In this document: positions 42,593 through 54,114 of the stretch, in pieces | How positions within the stretch are numbered: the stretch's first letter is position 1 | Layout of the letters: each line of letters opens with the position of its first letter | Origin: Vicugna vicugna | Lineage: Eukaryota | NCBI GenBank assembly: GCA_013265495.1 | Contig: MU058289.1 | Span: 186,001-250,000, forward strand | DNA length: 64,000 nucleotides | Direction: 5' to 3' | Notes under the pieces: generated by a model | The model's input: only the letters and a program-made list of their open reading frames with translations | Databases searched by the model: none | What the model was told of the DNA's origin: nothing | Made by a program: the position numbers and the translations under genes

Positions 42593-43328
42593 AGCAGCTC
42601 TAAGATACGCTTGCCCTCTGCCTCTTCCTAACTGACTTTTTTCTCCCCTTTCTGCATAGACATCTTGTCAAGAGAGGGGTCTATGCCTGCTGTCTGTACT
42701 TGTCTCATTCCTCAGCCCTGCAGTCCAGGAGATGACCTCCTGATGTGATTTCTTAAATCACCAACAGCCTCCTTGGTCCTAACTCCACAGACATTTAGTG
42801 GGATATTTTATACTCATTAGTTGATTTTTACTGCAGCCCCGAGTGTAGCATCTCCCTTTTTCTGGCCTTGCCTTACAGTTCTCCTCCTTGCTCTCTTCCC
42901 CAGTTTAATGTCAGGTCTCAGCTCATTTGTTGTCTCCTTCAGAAGGCCTTCACTGATCCCCTAAACTGGAGGTACTGCCTCTGGGTTCCCACAGCCTGCC
43001 TATTCAAGCCCTGATCACTCCAACATGTGCTGCCCCTATTATAGCTCTGGTCACTCAGTCAGTAGTTTCCAGGAGTTCAGCAGGTCTTGTGTCAAGGTGG
43101 GGTCAGTGGGTCCTGAGAAGTCCAGGGTGAGGTTTATGTGGGGTCTAGAGGGTCATGGGAGATCAGGGCAAGGACATTTAATCAGTGGAGGTCAATGTGA
43201 GATCAGAGGATTATGGGAGGACAGTTCTACATGAAAAGGTTATGGAAAGTCAGTGAGGGGTTAAGAGGCCCCTGAGATCAGTACTAGGCTACACAAAGGT
43301 CTTGGCTGGAATTGAGGTAGCCCTTTAC

Positions 43329-44320
43329 TCGCATTTCCCAGTTGGGTCCCACAGCTGCACAGCCATCCCTGAAGCTGATGATCATTTGTGGTTGGGGAGC
43401 AGTGCAGCCAGGACAAACTGGGAAGTCAGAAATTACATGGAACCAGTCAGGATCTTGGGGCCTAGAACCCACCAATGTGGCTAGCTCACAGGCACAGGGT
43501 ATAATAGGCATGGGTGTGAGCACACTGAAGCCATCAAAGGTGGTGAAGAGGCCCCCAGGTGCTAGGTAACACATGGCACCCTTCTCAGACTCACAGTGAA
43601 GGAGGATTAATAAAATGGCCACATTTAGGCTAACAGATTGCTTATTCTTATGCTTGCCCTTGAAACGGTCAACTGACCTGACTAACCGGTTGCTACTCAC
43701 AGTTTCAGGCCCACTGTTAAAACTAAAGCTATTGATCTTACTATTTTTACGTTATTCTAGTAATCAAAAGCTATAATCATGATTGGCCTCTGGGTCAATC
43801 TCCAGGGAGAAGGTCACAGAACTGTAACCTTCCAAAGTAGGCTAAATACCAAGAAGACCACACCTTGAGTGCTTACGAGATAACGAGATCGAAAAAGTGA
43901 CAACTGCTAGCCTCTATAGAATTGGTCACCTGGAGGCATCATGATGCCATTCTAAGTCTTCTGATGAGAAAATGATTCTTTTGATTGTTATTGATGCTTT
44001 ATTGTTTGAGCCATGGCTATAAAACCTACCCCATCCCCAAAGTGGGTTCACAGTTTTAAAGGCACTAGCCTGCTGTGAGTGCCTTTTGCCTGGCAAAGTA
44101 ATAGAGCTACCTCTTTTCTTCTAAGCTCCAAGACCCGGTCCCTGAGTTATTTGGCTCATCAGGGATGGGGGCGGAACTTTCAGCAACAACAACACTGTAC
44201 ATCCCCACCCAGGATGCAGCCTATGCTTTGTGGGCAAGAAAAGGGCTGGCACTGAAGGCCTTGGCCATGTAAGCACATACAGCGCTCTTAGCAGCCAGGC
44301 CGGACCAATGCCTCCCCAAT
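43329..44320 (-). pseudogene. FCGBP-like exon (Cys-rich segment plus terminal VWD first half) split by an LTR
   Basis: 44320-44193 reads IGEALVRPGC*ERCMCLHGQGLQCQPFSCPQSIGCILGGDVQ. 43596-43329 continues CCESEKGAMCYLAPGGLFTTFDG...PDWFHVISDF...QMIISFRDG...GPNWEMR|GTAAAG. The frame is restored when the LTR and one TSD copy are removed. Resembles the recalled last VWD of FCGBP (LTTFDG...PWYRVV...VHIFFQDG). Confidence 0.85.
43597..44188 (+). mobile_element. Solo ERV LTR (~592 bp, probably ERV1 class)
   Basis: Starts TG(AAGG), ends (GCAA)CA; internal TATAAAA ~44018 and AGTAAT-type polyA-like region. Near-perfect 4-bp TSD: ACAG (43593-43596) / ACAA (44189-44192). Interrupts the relic exon. Orientation inferred from the TATA position. 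Confidence 0.75.
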
Positions 44321-45929
44321 CTGCAGAGACAAAGACTCAATATTGGGTCCAAAAAGCCGTCATAAACATGAATGGACAAACAATGAAGCACCTGTGTAGC
44401 ACACATCACAGACAAAGGACTAATTTCCCTAAATACATGAAGAGTTCCTAGAAATCAAAAACAAAAAGACCAACAACACAATATTTTTTTCTCCTTTATC
44501 AACAATACAATATTTTTAAAATGGGCAAAGGCTATTCAGAAAGTTAATAAAAAAGGAAATAGAAATGTTTCTTAGATATATGAAAAGATGCTCAACTTCC
44601 TAATAAGACATACAAATTAAAAATCTATTGAGATATTTTGTGTGTCTATGCAGAACAGACAGCCCCAGCTGTAGGCTCGGAGGTAATGGCCACAAAAGAA
44701 GGACAGTGATTCCATAATTCTGTCCAGCTACAGAGAGGGCATGGGGGGTGGGAGAACAGCCAGGGAAGGGAGTATTGGCAGTCAGAAGACATTCTTGGAA
44801 CTGTCAATGAAGGATCAGAGAGAGATCAAGGAGAACATTCATTAGGGATCAAAAGAGAATTCAGTGGGAAGTCAATGGAGGCTAAATGGGGGGTCACCAA
44901 AGGATCCAATGGGGGATCAATGATAGAGTGACTGGATGGTCAGAATTAATGAGAGGTCAGTGGACAATCAATGAAGGTGGTAAAAAAAAAAAGAATGATT
45001 AGGGAGTCAGTGGGAAGAGTCAGTGAGGAATCAAAGGGAGGATCAAGAAGAGGGCAAATGGAGAAAGTGAAATGAGTCACTGAAGATCAAGAGAAGGCTT
45101 TGGGTGGAACTAGGGGTGCTGCTCAAGTGGAGGGTTAATGAGGGTGGAGTTAGAAAGTGAGTCGATGAATTAATGAGACACTATGAAAGGCTCAATGGAT
45201 GAGATAATGAGTCAAAGAGGCTCAACTGGGTAACAGAAAAGCTGAGAATTCAATGGAGGAGTCAGTATCAACAGGAAGCTCAATAGCAAGATCTACAGGG
45301 GTGTAAGTGGGGGCATTAATGGGCCAGTCATGGATCACTGGGAGTGTCAATAGATAGCTCAGCACAGATCAGTGGGGTAGGAGTGTGGGGTGGGGTCAAC
45401 AGGGCAGTAAATAGGGTTAATGGGTGAGTCAATATAACAGTAGTAGGATCAGTTGGGGAGGGGCAATGGGTTAATGGGATATTAAAAGGGGGGTGAAAGA
45501 GAGGGTCAATGGGGAGGTCAGGGCTGAGCCGGTGGGTTAAAGAGGAGTCAATCAGGGAGTCAATGGAAGACTCAATGGAGAGTTAATGGGAGAGTAGTAG
45601 GAGTCTCAAGGGTGGTTAAGCATGAACAAGTCAGAGTCAGTGGGAAGGAGTCGACAAGCAAGTCAGTGAGGAGGAGGGTCAGTAACCACCGGTAAGGGAT
45701 AAATAGGGCCACTAGGGAATTGGAGTGGACACATTTGAGGACCAGTGGGAGAGTCAGTAAAAGAGGCATCAAAGGAAAAGAAGGGTCACTATGGGTTATC
45801 TGAGAATAGTGGGAGGGATGGTGGGTCAGTGTGGGACTTTGGAACCTCCCCTAGAAGTAGTTGCGATCTTTCAGACTCACATCTAGCCTCAGACCATAGG
45901 CTGAGGGGGTCAGGTCCTTGGGCAGCCAC

Positions 45930-46460
45930 ATGACCACAGAAGTGGGGTCAAATTGAGGCTGAAGGGCTCAAGGTTGGTGTGGGCTGTGTCACAGAGACCT
46001 GCCAGGTGGTAGACGCAGGAGCCAGGGAGTTCACAGTGGGCTCCTCCAAATGTGTGGAAGTGGAAGTCTCCAGTGGCAGTGCAGACCAGTGGTTCCTCCA
46101 GGGTGGTGGTGCTGGGTGGGGGCTGGGCTAATAGGTAGTGATGCCAGCCACCTGTGGCAGCCTTGCAGCGACCACAGCCCTTCTCAGGCCAGCACCCGGT
46201 AGACTGCTCACCAGGGCCCCAGGGGCTGGGCAGTGGCGGTTCTGAATACAGCTGTCTGTCCAGAAAGTGCAGCATTGGTGCAGGAAGCAGGAGCAGTGGC
46301 ACGGAGCACACATCAACCCTCCAGCAGCGAAGAGCAGGCAGGCACTGGCAGCTAGGGGCACAGGGGTGGCCACAGTGCTCTGGGGCTGAGGGGTTGGCAC
46401 ATGTGGCTGGATGTGCAGAGACACATGGGAAAAAGCAGGAGTTTGTCAGGCACTGGGGAC
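45930..46460 (-). pseudogene. FCGBP-like exon: TIL plus VWD start
   Basis: CLTNSCFFPCVSAHPATCANPSAPEHCGHPCAPSCQC (TIL); CTATGDFHFHTFGGAHCELPGSCVYHLAGLC (VWD start). Boundaries approximate. Confidence 0.85.
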
Positions 46461-46652
46461 TGGGACCAAGGACTAATGATGGGGAACCAGCAGTGGGGCC
46501 ACAGGCCTCAGGGCAGGGGCCAAGGTGGCTGAGGGGGAGAATGAGGGTCAGGGACCTATTAGTTGCAGGAGTCTGGGTCACCAGTCCCCTCCTTCCCAAG
46601 ACCCAGAGGTCATGCCTCTATCTCTGACCCCTCAGACCACAACCCTGCTCAC

Positions 46653-47055
46653 CTTGCAGTAGAGCCTAGGAGTCCATCTGTGATGCCACAGACTTCCTCC
46701 GTAAGGCAGCTGAAGGGGACACAAGCCAGGTGCCCTCCAGGGCTGCACACTGGCACCAGCCGTCTGGCAGGCGGCCACACAGGCTTGCAGGCAGGCCACA
46801 GAGCACTTTGTGGTTCCTGAGGGCACAGCCCATTTTGACCACAGAGGTCTGGAAGATGGGCTCCAGCAGCAGGCATGCGTGGCAGGGCACCAGCAGGCCG
46901 CTGGGCTCACACGGGAGGCCACAGGTGCTGTGTCTGGGCTCTTGTCCTCAGTGGCTGCTGGACAGCTGGCATCTGGGCAGGGATGCAGTGCAGGCCAAGG
47001 CCTCGGCTGCTGCAGGTTATCTGTTGAAGTCGCCACAGAGGCTGTGCAACCGCCC
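46653..47055 (-). pseudogene. FCGBP-like exon: VWD end plus C8 domain
   Basis: HSLCGDFNR* (GLCGNFN-like). C8 end ACLQACVAACQTAGASVQPWRAPGLCP in a shifted frame. Confidence 0.8.
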
Positions 47056-48044
47056 CTGTCAGCGCAAGGACAGGCAGCCGAAGGTCAGTGGTGGGGGTCA
47101 GGGACTGGGGAGAATCAAGGAGAAGAGGGGTTGGCAGTGGTGTGGGGAGTGAGTGCGGAGGCTAAGAGAGGTGGTGTGCTGGAACAGGGGGAGAGTGGAG
47201 AGGGAGGGGAAGAGGGAGAGGAGGGATGTGGGGGTGAAGTAAAGGGGGAGAGGGAGTCAAGGCGGAAGGGGCAATCACAGCAGCACTTGGGAGTGGGTAC
47301 TGAAGAGTAGGAAGAAGACCAGGAAAGGTGTGGGAGGAGGTGTGTGGAGGTTAGGAGAGGGGAAGGAAAATGAGGTGAGGCGAGTGGTGGGGTGGGCACG
47401 GGGGTGTAAGGTGAGAAGGAGTATTCCTATTTGGAGACAAAGGAGAGACCTAGAGGGCATCTGTGGACCTGGGGGATCAGGAGGCGGCAATGGAGGGTTG
47501 GAGAGCCAGGGAAGAGGTGGGAGGAGATGTTGGGACAGGAGGAGGGGAGAGGATGCGAGGCAGGAGGAAGGGCAGAGGTGAGAGAGGGGCATGCAGGGAA
47601 GGAAGGTGGGCAAGCAGGGACTGGGGTTGGGGATGCCAGGTGGGAGTTGGGGAAGAGGTAACGGTAATCATGGAGCATGGAGGGCACCCGGAGACCCAGG
47701 CAGAGGAAAAGAGACCTGGAGATGAAGATGTGGGGGGTGGGAGAGACAGGTGGGGTGGGCATACTGGGGTGAAGAGAAGTGGGGGAGGGAAGTGGGAGAG
47801 ACAGAGAGCCTGGGCAGTATGGAGAAGGGACATGTGGACCCAGCTATTGGGAGAGGGGCTGAAAGGAGAAGGGGAAGGAAGAGAGGGAGGAGGAGGTGGA
47901 GAATAGAGAAGGAAGAAGGAAAAGAGAGTGGAAATGAGGGTGATGGGGGGAGGAAGGCCTCAGTGGGGGGTAGGCAGAGATTGGACCATCAGTAAGAGAC
48001 TGGATGGCAGCTGAAAGGAGGCAAAGGAGGGGGCGGGATCTCAC

Positions 48045-48522
48045 CTTGACACATCCCTGGTCCAGGAGGAAGCGGTGGAGCAGCACGCGGTGGATTTCAG
48101 GCATCCATGAGCCATTTTCCAGCACTACCTTGAAGGGCCACGTACCCAAAGGCAACATTTCTGTGTGCCCACCAATGAATAGGTGCAGGCGTTGGGGAGG
48201 TGGAAGGTGGTGCTCTCGAAAGTGCGGTAATGGAGCCTGCCTGGGGCGAGGCAGAGATCAGGGGCCACCCATCCTGCTCGGCACGGTTTGCAGGCCATCT
48301 GGCCGCCAGGTGGCAGCGGCAGCAGCGGCTGTGTGCGGAGTGAAGGGCGGGCAGCGGCGCCGGCGCAGCTCAGCACGAAGCCCGCTTCGCACACGCAGCC
48401 CTCGCAGCCCTGGAGGCAGCGCCCGCGATCCTCGCAGCCGGGTGGCCGCTCCTGTCCTGCGATAGTGTCTGGGCAGCTCCGAGCACACAGTGTGTAGTGT
48501 GAGTGTGTGCGGCAAAGCAAGC
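48045..48522 (-). pseudogene. FCGBP-like exon: TIL domain plus VWD start
   Basis: Phase-1 acceptor; CRTHSHYTLCARSCPDT...CEGCVCEAGFVLS (TIL), then CLAPGRLHYRTFESTTFHLPNACTYSL (VWD start); ends GCVK|GTGAGA. Confidence 0.85.
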
Positions 48523-49094
48523 CTGCGAGGAGTAGGAATGGAGGGTTACTTGATGGCAAGTGGCTGCTGGAGTCTCACCCTCACCTCTGGGGCTGGGCTG
48601 TGGCATCTGGGGCCTTGCAAGGGTAAGGGATGGAAAGCTTGACTTGGGCAGAGCTGAAGCTAACTTTGCAATGGGTAAAGAAAGACCAGGTAGCCAACCA
48701 TGAATCAGAAGCACAGTTAATCCCTAAGGGTTTGGGATGGGTAAGGGTTTGGGGGCTGGACCATGAACAGGTCTGAGTTTCTGAAGAGGTAAGGGTTGAC
48801 GGGCTGGACCATAATCAGGGCTAAGAAGTAGGAAGGATAAGAGCCAGGGGAAGGACTTTCGTCTGAGTTGGGCTGACACTTTTGGACGGGCAAAGTATGA
48901 GGTCCCCGACCATGACAGGGAGTGGAGAAGTGGTTGGAGGCTGGCACCGTGGGAAGTATGGGTCTCAAGGACTAAATTGTGTGTGGCGGGTGGGAGGTGG
49001 GGAGACTGGCACCCTAAGATGGGCAACAAGGAGCTGAACTGGGGTCAGGAGTGGGTCAGAGAGGAGAGGCTGGACCGAAGCCCTGGACACTCAC

Positions 49095-49520
49095 TGCACA
49101 GGCTCAATTTCTGCCAGGGGAAGACCTGGCTGCCCAGCAGCTGGCAAGTTTCACGGTAGACACTTAGCATCTAGCAGGTTACAGTGCCCAGGCATATATC
49201 CACCATGCAATCTTGGACAGAGGGGTTTGGGGCAAGCAGTTTACAGCACAGTCAGAAGGGCCCCAGTGTGGCCAAGAGGATGTCACATATGTAGACAAAG
49301 TGGGCTGGGGTGCTGGTGGTTGGCAGGGTGACAGAGGATGGTAGCAGTGGCAGCATCTTGCCAGCAGCATCCAGGTACCCAGCGCGGGAACCCACCAAGA
49401 AACTACGGCCAAAGGCCCAGGCCAATGCATCCTCAGGCAGCTTGGTGCCCCCTAGAGTGGAGGCTTTGCAGCCCCAGCAATCCTCACCTCACATAGTAAA
49501 GTTTCTGTCCTCAGAAACCG
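49095..49520 (-). pseudogene. FCGBP-like exon: VWD end plus C8 domain
   Basis: LPEDALAWAFGRSFLVGS; CDILLATLGPF*LCCKLLAPNPSVQDCMVDICLG...C*MLSVYRETCQLLGSQVFPWQKLSLC; donor GTGAGT. Two in-frame stops. 5' boundary approximate. Confidence 0.75.
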
Positions 49521-49958
49521 GAAGTCCCTTCTCCAGAACATAAAAGTCAGGCCATGGGACATGAAACTCTCACTGCAGACCCTGGAGTCTTCACTGCCTA
49601 GAGGACTTTTCCATCCACCAAATCTAGGAATCTTGCCTTTTAGAACTGCGTAATTCCGGACCCCAGAAACTATGTCTTCACTTTCAGGACCCACAGAATC
49701 CAACTCCAAGACCCAGGTGTTCCAGTCCTCAGAACCCAGAAGCCCCACCCCTAGGGTGGAGGAGCCTCCATCCTCAGACCCAAGAAGCCCTGGCTCCAGA
49801 GCCTCAGCAGTCCCATCCCTAAGGCCCGAGGCCATCCCACCCCAGGGACCCTGAGCTTTGCCCCAGGAATCAACTCTAGTATCAAGGAATGTCCCCTCTA
49901 GTTTCCAGAGTCCCTTTCACCAGCAGCCCATAGCCCTTTACTTCTAAGGCTCACTCAA

Positions 49959-50560
49959 GGCAACCAGCTGGGAATTTCCAGGGATGGACGCTGATACCCA
50001 GGTGCTGACAAGCAGGCATATAGACCTGGAGGGCCACACAAAGCCCAAGTTGGTAGTTGGGGAAGAGATAGATCGACAGATCCAAGCACTGCAGCTGGAC
50101 ACAAAGAGTGTAGGCTGCAGCAGATAATCGCAGTGGCCTGATGACCTGTTCAGAGCTCCTAGGACAGCACAGGGCCCTGGGGTCTCTGTTTGGGGTGCAG
50201 GCTGGGCACAGGAAGCAGCCCAGAGGGTGTGGCATGGGGTAGCAGGTGGCTGCAGGGCCCAATTGCACAAGAAGACGCGAGGCTTGGGACCTCCCACATC
50301 TTCGGGAGTTTCCCAGTTGAAGTTCCCACACAGGCCTGCCATTTGTGCACGTTAGCTGCTGGTCATTTGCAGAGACCACACGTGCTGCCAGTCGGCGACG
50401 AGGCACAGTTTGGGTGGCTCTTGTTCCAGATCTGCCTCTGCTCATAATTTGGAGCTGCGAGGGTACAACCACAGCTGCCCATCACTCAGGGTCACTGGCT
50501 GCCACAGCCACTGCTGGGCAGGGCGACCTAAGAGCCAGAGTCACCAGAAAGGCTGCATTC
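49959..50560 (-). pseudogene. FCGBP-like exon: VWD C-terminal half plus C8 domain
   Basis: AGLCGNFN (VWD motif). C8 motif LCVALQVYMPACQHLGISVHPWKFPAGC in a shifted frame. Donor degraded to TTGAGT. 5' boundary approximate. Confidence 0.8.
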
Positions 50561-52826
50561 CTAAGCATTTGAGGAGGGGTGAGGGTTGGAAGCTGAGGGG
50601 GTTGAATGTTGGGGTACTGATTGAGTGGGGGCTTCAAGGTCTCATTCTCAGCCACTAACCAAGAGTCTTGTTTCCACACCCAGATGTGTCCTCACACAAA
50701 ACTCAAAAGTCTTTCTCTGAGGAATCCAGATAAGTTATTTTCACTAAGGAGCTACGACTGCCCACTTCCTCCAGTTCATAGGAGAGCCTTCAGCCAGAAC
50801 TCAAATGTCTTTCCCACAATTACCAAGAGCCTCTGCTAAGAGCTTCCAAATCAGAGAGTATCTCCCTTCTTCCAATCCATGATTTCCTTTTTTAATCCTC
50901 TATCCCCCAGAAGGTTTCCAACCCACCTTTTAGTCTCCCTCACTGCCTCCATCCTGGCCCGACCCCCATCATCTCCTGCCAGGACTACTGCAGCAAACCT
51001 CCTCACTGTTCTCCCAGCACTTCCTTCACAAGCTCCAGAGTCTGTTCCCCACATGGCAGCCACAAGGACCTTATTCACATGCAAGTGATAGTTCATCCCT
51101 CCCCTGCACAAAATCTTTCCTTGGCTCCCACCTCACAAAGAATAAAAGCTAAAGTTGCTGTGAGAGCCCACATGGCCATACACAATCTGACCCCCATGAT
51201 CTCTCCCTTTTCTCGGCACCATGATCCCTCCACTTCAGCCTGGACTTCTTGCTGTTCCTGTAATGTCCCTGGCAGATTTTCACTTTAGGCACTTGCTGTT
51301 CCCTCTGCCTGGAATGCTCTTTTCTCAGATACCCACACGGCCCTCTCCCTCACTTCCTTTAAGACTTGGCTTAAGTTTCATCTTCTCAGCGAGGCCCTCC
51401 TATTTAAAACTGTACTCTCAGAAATCCTGATCCCACTTTCCTTGCTCTATTTTTTCTCTTTAGCACGTATCATCTTCTAACATACTATAAAATTAACTTA
51501 AATGTGTGGCTTATCTCTCGCCGCTAGAATATAAGCACTGGAAGAACAAGGATTTTGTCTGCCTTGGTTGCTGATGTGCCTTCCGTTTCTTGAACAAGGT
51601 CTGATACACAATAATTAAAAATATTCCTCAATTAATGAGGGAACTCAGGAGTGTCAGGTCCCTGGGAGATGGGGGCCCATGTGGTGAGAGTAAAAATCTG
51701 GAGCCCTGAGAATTTGAGGATGCTGGAGACCTGGAGTGGAGGCTGAAGGATGCTGAGGAACCACTAGAGCACTTGGGGGAAATCCTGACTCCTGAGTGTC
51801 AGGGCGAGCTCTCAAGGGGTGTGGAGGGGAGTATGGACCATCATGGGCTCCCACAGCAAGTCAGAATCATACACTTTCTGAGCTTTCCATGTATTCTCAT
51901 TTTTGTCCTCAATACAGCCCTATGGAGTAGGTCTTTACATCATTCTGATTTCACAGATGAAGAAACGGAGGCTCAGAGAGGTTAAATCATCTGCCTAAAG
52001 TCATACAAATAACAAGTAGTCAAGTTGGGATTGCACCCATGCCATATGGGTCCAGAGTCTGTTGTCCTTCTATAGTGCTGAAAGGTGGCTTTGCTACATC
52101 CGTAACCTCCATGAGTTTTCCCCCTCTAGCAACTCTGATTAAATATAGTCTAGCCCCCACAACCTTCCATCCAGAGCACTGTCCCTAAATCTTCCCTGAA
52201 GAAAAATGTGGGACATACCCGACATACCCGTGACTGCATATGGTCCGAGGATATGTCCAAAGCTCAGAGAATTTGGAGGCTCCAGATGCCAGTGTTAGGG
52301 GGCAATAAACATAGCAAACATCCCTCACATGGCACTTACCATGAAATGGACTCTGTTCCAAGTGCTTTTCATATATTAACTCATTCCCACCTTACAGCGA
52401 CCTGACGAGGTGGGTGCTAGAGATCCATAATCCCTTAACTACAATCCCCCAATGCAAAACTGGTCTGAAGACAGAAAGATGTTTTGTGTGTTTGATGTTA
52501 AAACTAACTTGGCAGCGAAAGCTGACCTGAACTTATGAGTGGCTGCTTACTGTCTTAACTTATTCCACTCAGTATGAATATTCAGACATGTCACTGCAGA
52601 GATATTAATATTTGTTATTTTTAACACCCACTAGGAGTATGATATAAAATACGTGGCATTTGCATGATATGACCATTTGAAATTCCAAAATCTGAAATGC
52701 ACTTGGCCCCAGTCATTTTAGATAAAGGACGGTGGACCTGCATAATTGCCTCCATTTCTGAGATGACAAAACTGTGGGACAGAGAAGGATAGGGCTTCCC
52801 AGGATTCCATACAGTATGATTCTTAC

Positions 52827-53702
52827 CAGAACAAAGCAGAACTCATGTTTGACTGTAGTGATGGTAATGCCAAAGATGTGCCTTGTGACAAAGCATGGGC
52901 TGTCTCCCTCCAGAGTAGGCAACCCACAGTTGGAAGGCAGGGAGGCCACTGGTTAGGGTCTGAGGGTGCAGCCCCAAGGCATGGGGAAAGAGTAGCCATC
53001 AAAAGTGTAGATGTATGGTAACCCAGAGGCCCAAAACTTACCCCTTGTGATGGACCCCTGCCCATTAGAGACAGTTGCTATCTCTGATTTGCACAGGTAT
53101 CATTTTGGACCCAAACACAGTTTCAAGTTCTGGTTTCTCCACTGCCACAGCCTCTGAGCTTGGCTCAGTCACTGGCACCACCTTGAGCCCCAGCTTGGCC
53201 ACTGAGGCAATTTCTGACTGAGATCAAGACACTGTCTTGGATTTGGGCTCTGGTTCAGCTGAGCATGGGCAGGGAGACAAGTGCAGGTGCTGGTTCAACT
53301 ACAGCTAACAGATTTAGGCCAGGGTTCACTCACAGCCCCTGTGCAAGCCCCAGATAAGCTGCAGCCACAGGTAAAAAAAAAAGCCCTGGTTTAGCTTCAT
53401 GTATGCTCTCTGATCCTGGTTTGACCATTACCATAGTTTTAGCTCTGGACGCTGTTTTGGAGTCCTTTAGAGATACTGTCTTGGAACTGGACATGGTCTT
53501 GGATCCAGATGTGTCCTGAGTGCTGTGCATACACTTAGCTTTGTGCTTTACAAGGTGACTTGTGGTCCCATCAGAGCATGCATAGTCTTTACAGGAGAAT
53601 GGAACTGGAGGGGCATCATCACGGAAGATTCTAGGCATCATTAGGGAAGATTCTAGGAAGGAATGGGATTCCATGGGAGGGTCCACAGCCGTCTCAGAAC
53701 AC
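52827..53702 (-). pseudogene. FCGBP-like exon: S/T/K/P-rich linker plus start of VWD1
   Basis: Acceptor tcactcatctccag at 53703-53704; low-complexity SKTMSSSKTVS/DSKTAS/EPSSEAV segments; then FWASGLPYIYTFDGYSF (VWD start consensus CWASGDPHYxTFDG), SGLPAFQLWV and IFGITITT...FVL; donor GTAAGA. Confidence 0.7.
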
Positions 53703-54075
53703 CTGGAGATGAGTGAAGAGGATGCAGCAGAACTGAATCCTGGCATTTAATTTCATCCCTGACCTGCCTTCACACCCTAAGCATCCAGGGTCCCTGGCAT
53801 TGAAGCCTCAACATTCAGAAGCTAACAGCATTCCCAATCTAAAATGAATTGGGGTCCGTATCAGCAGAAAGAGAAGGGTGGGGCTGAGGGGCAATACAGA
53901 AATGATCAGCACAGCCTGGGTGTATAATAGGACTTTGATAAGCCAGTGAGAACGCTTCCTCTAAAGACAGCTATACCAATTATTTAAAAGTATCTGTGCT
54001 AGTAAGTCCAAACACATCTGTAAGTTGATTTTGGCCAGTGAAGACTTCCACCTTGTCATGTTAAGCAGCCTTAAG

Positions 54076-54077
<2 letters not shown>

Positions 54078-54111
<34 letters not shown>
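54078..54111. repeat. (TG)n microsatellite
   Basis: Perfect TG run of ~17 units. Confidence 0.95.

Positions 54112-54114
<3 letters not shown>

Noticed and set aside
47100..48000. Gly/Glu/Arg-rich ORFs on + and possible small VWD exon relics on -
   Set aside because: Mostly GA-rich low-complexity sequence; the hints of VWD similarity near 47420-47700 were too weak to call.
45910..50560. Alternative identification as zonadhesin, tectorin, otogelin or VWF
   Set aside because: The IgGFc-binding N-terminal domain and FCGBP-type terminal VWD, with no MAM, NIDO, ZP or TM domain seen, favour the FCGBP family.
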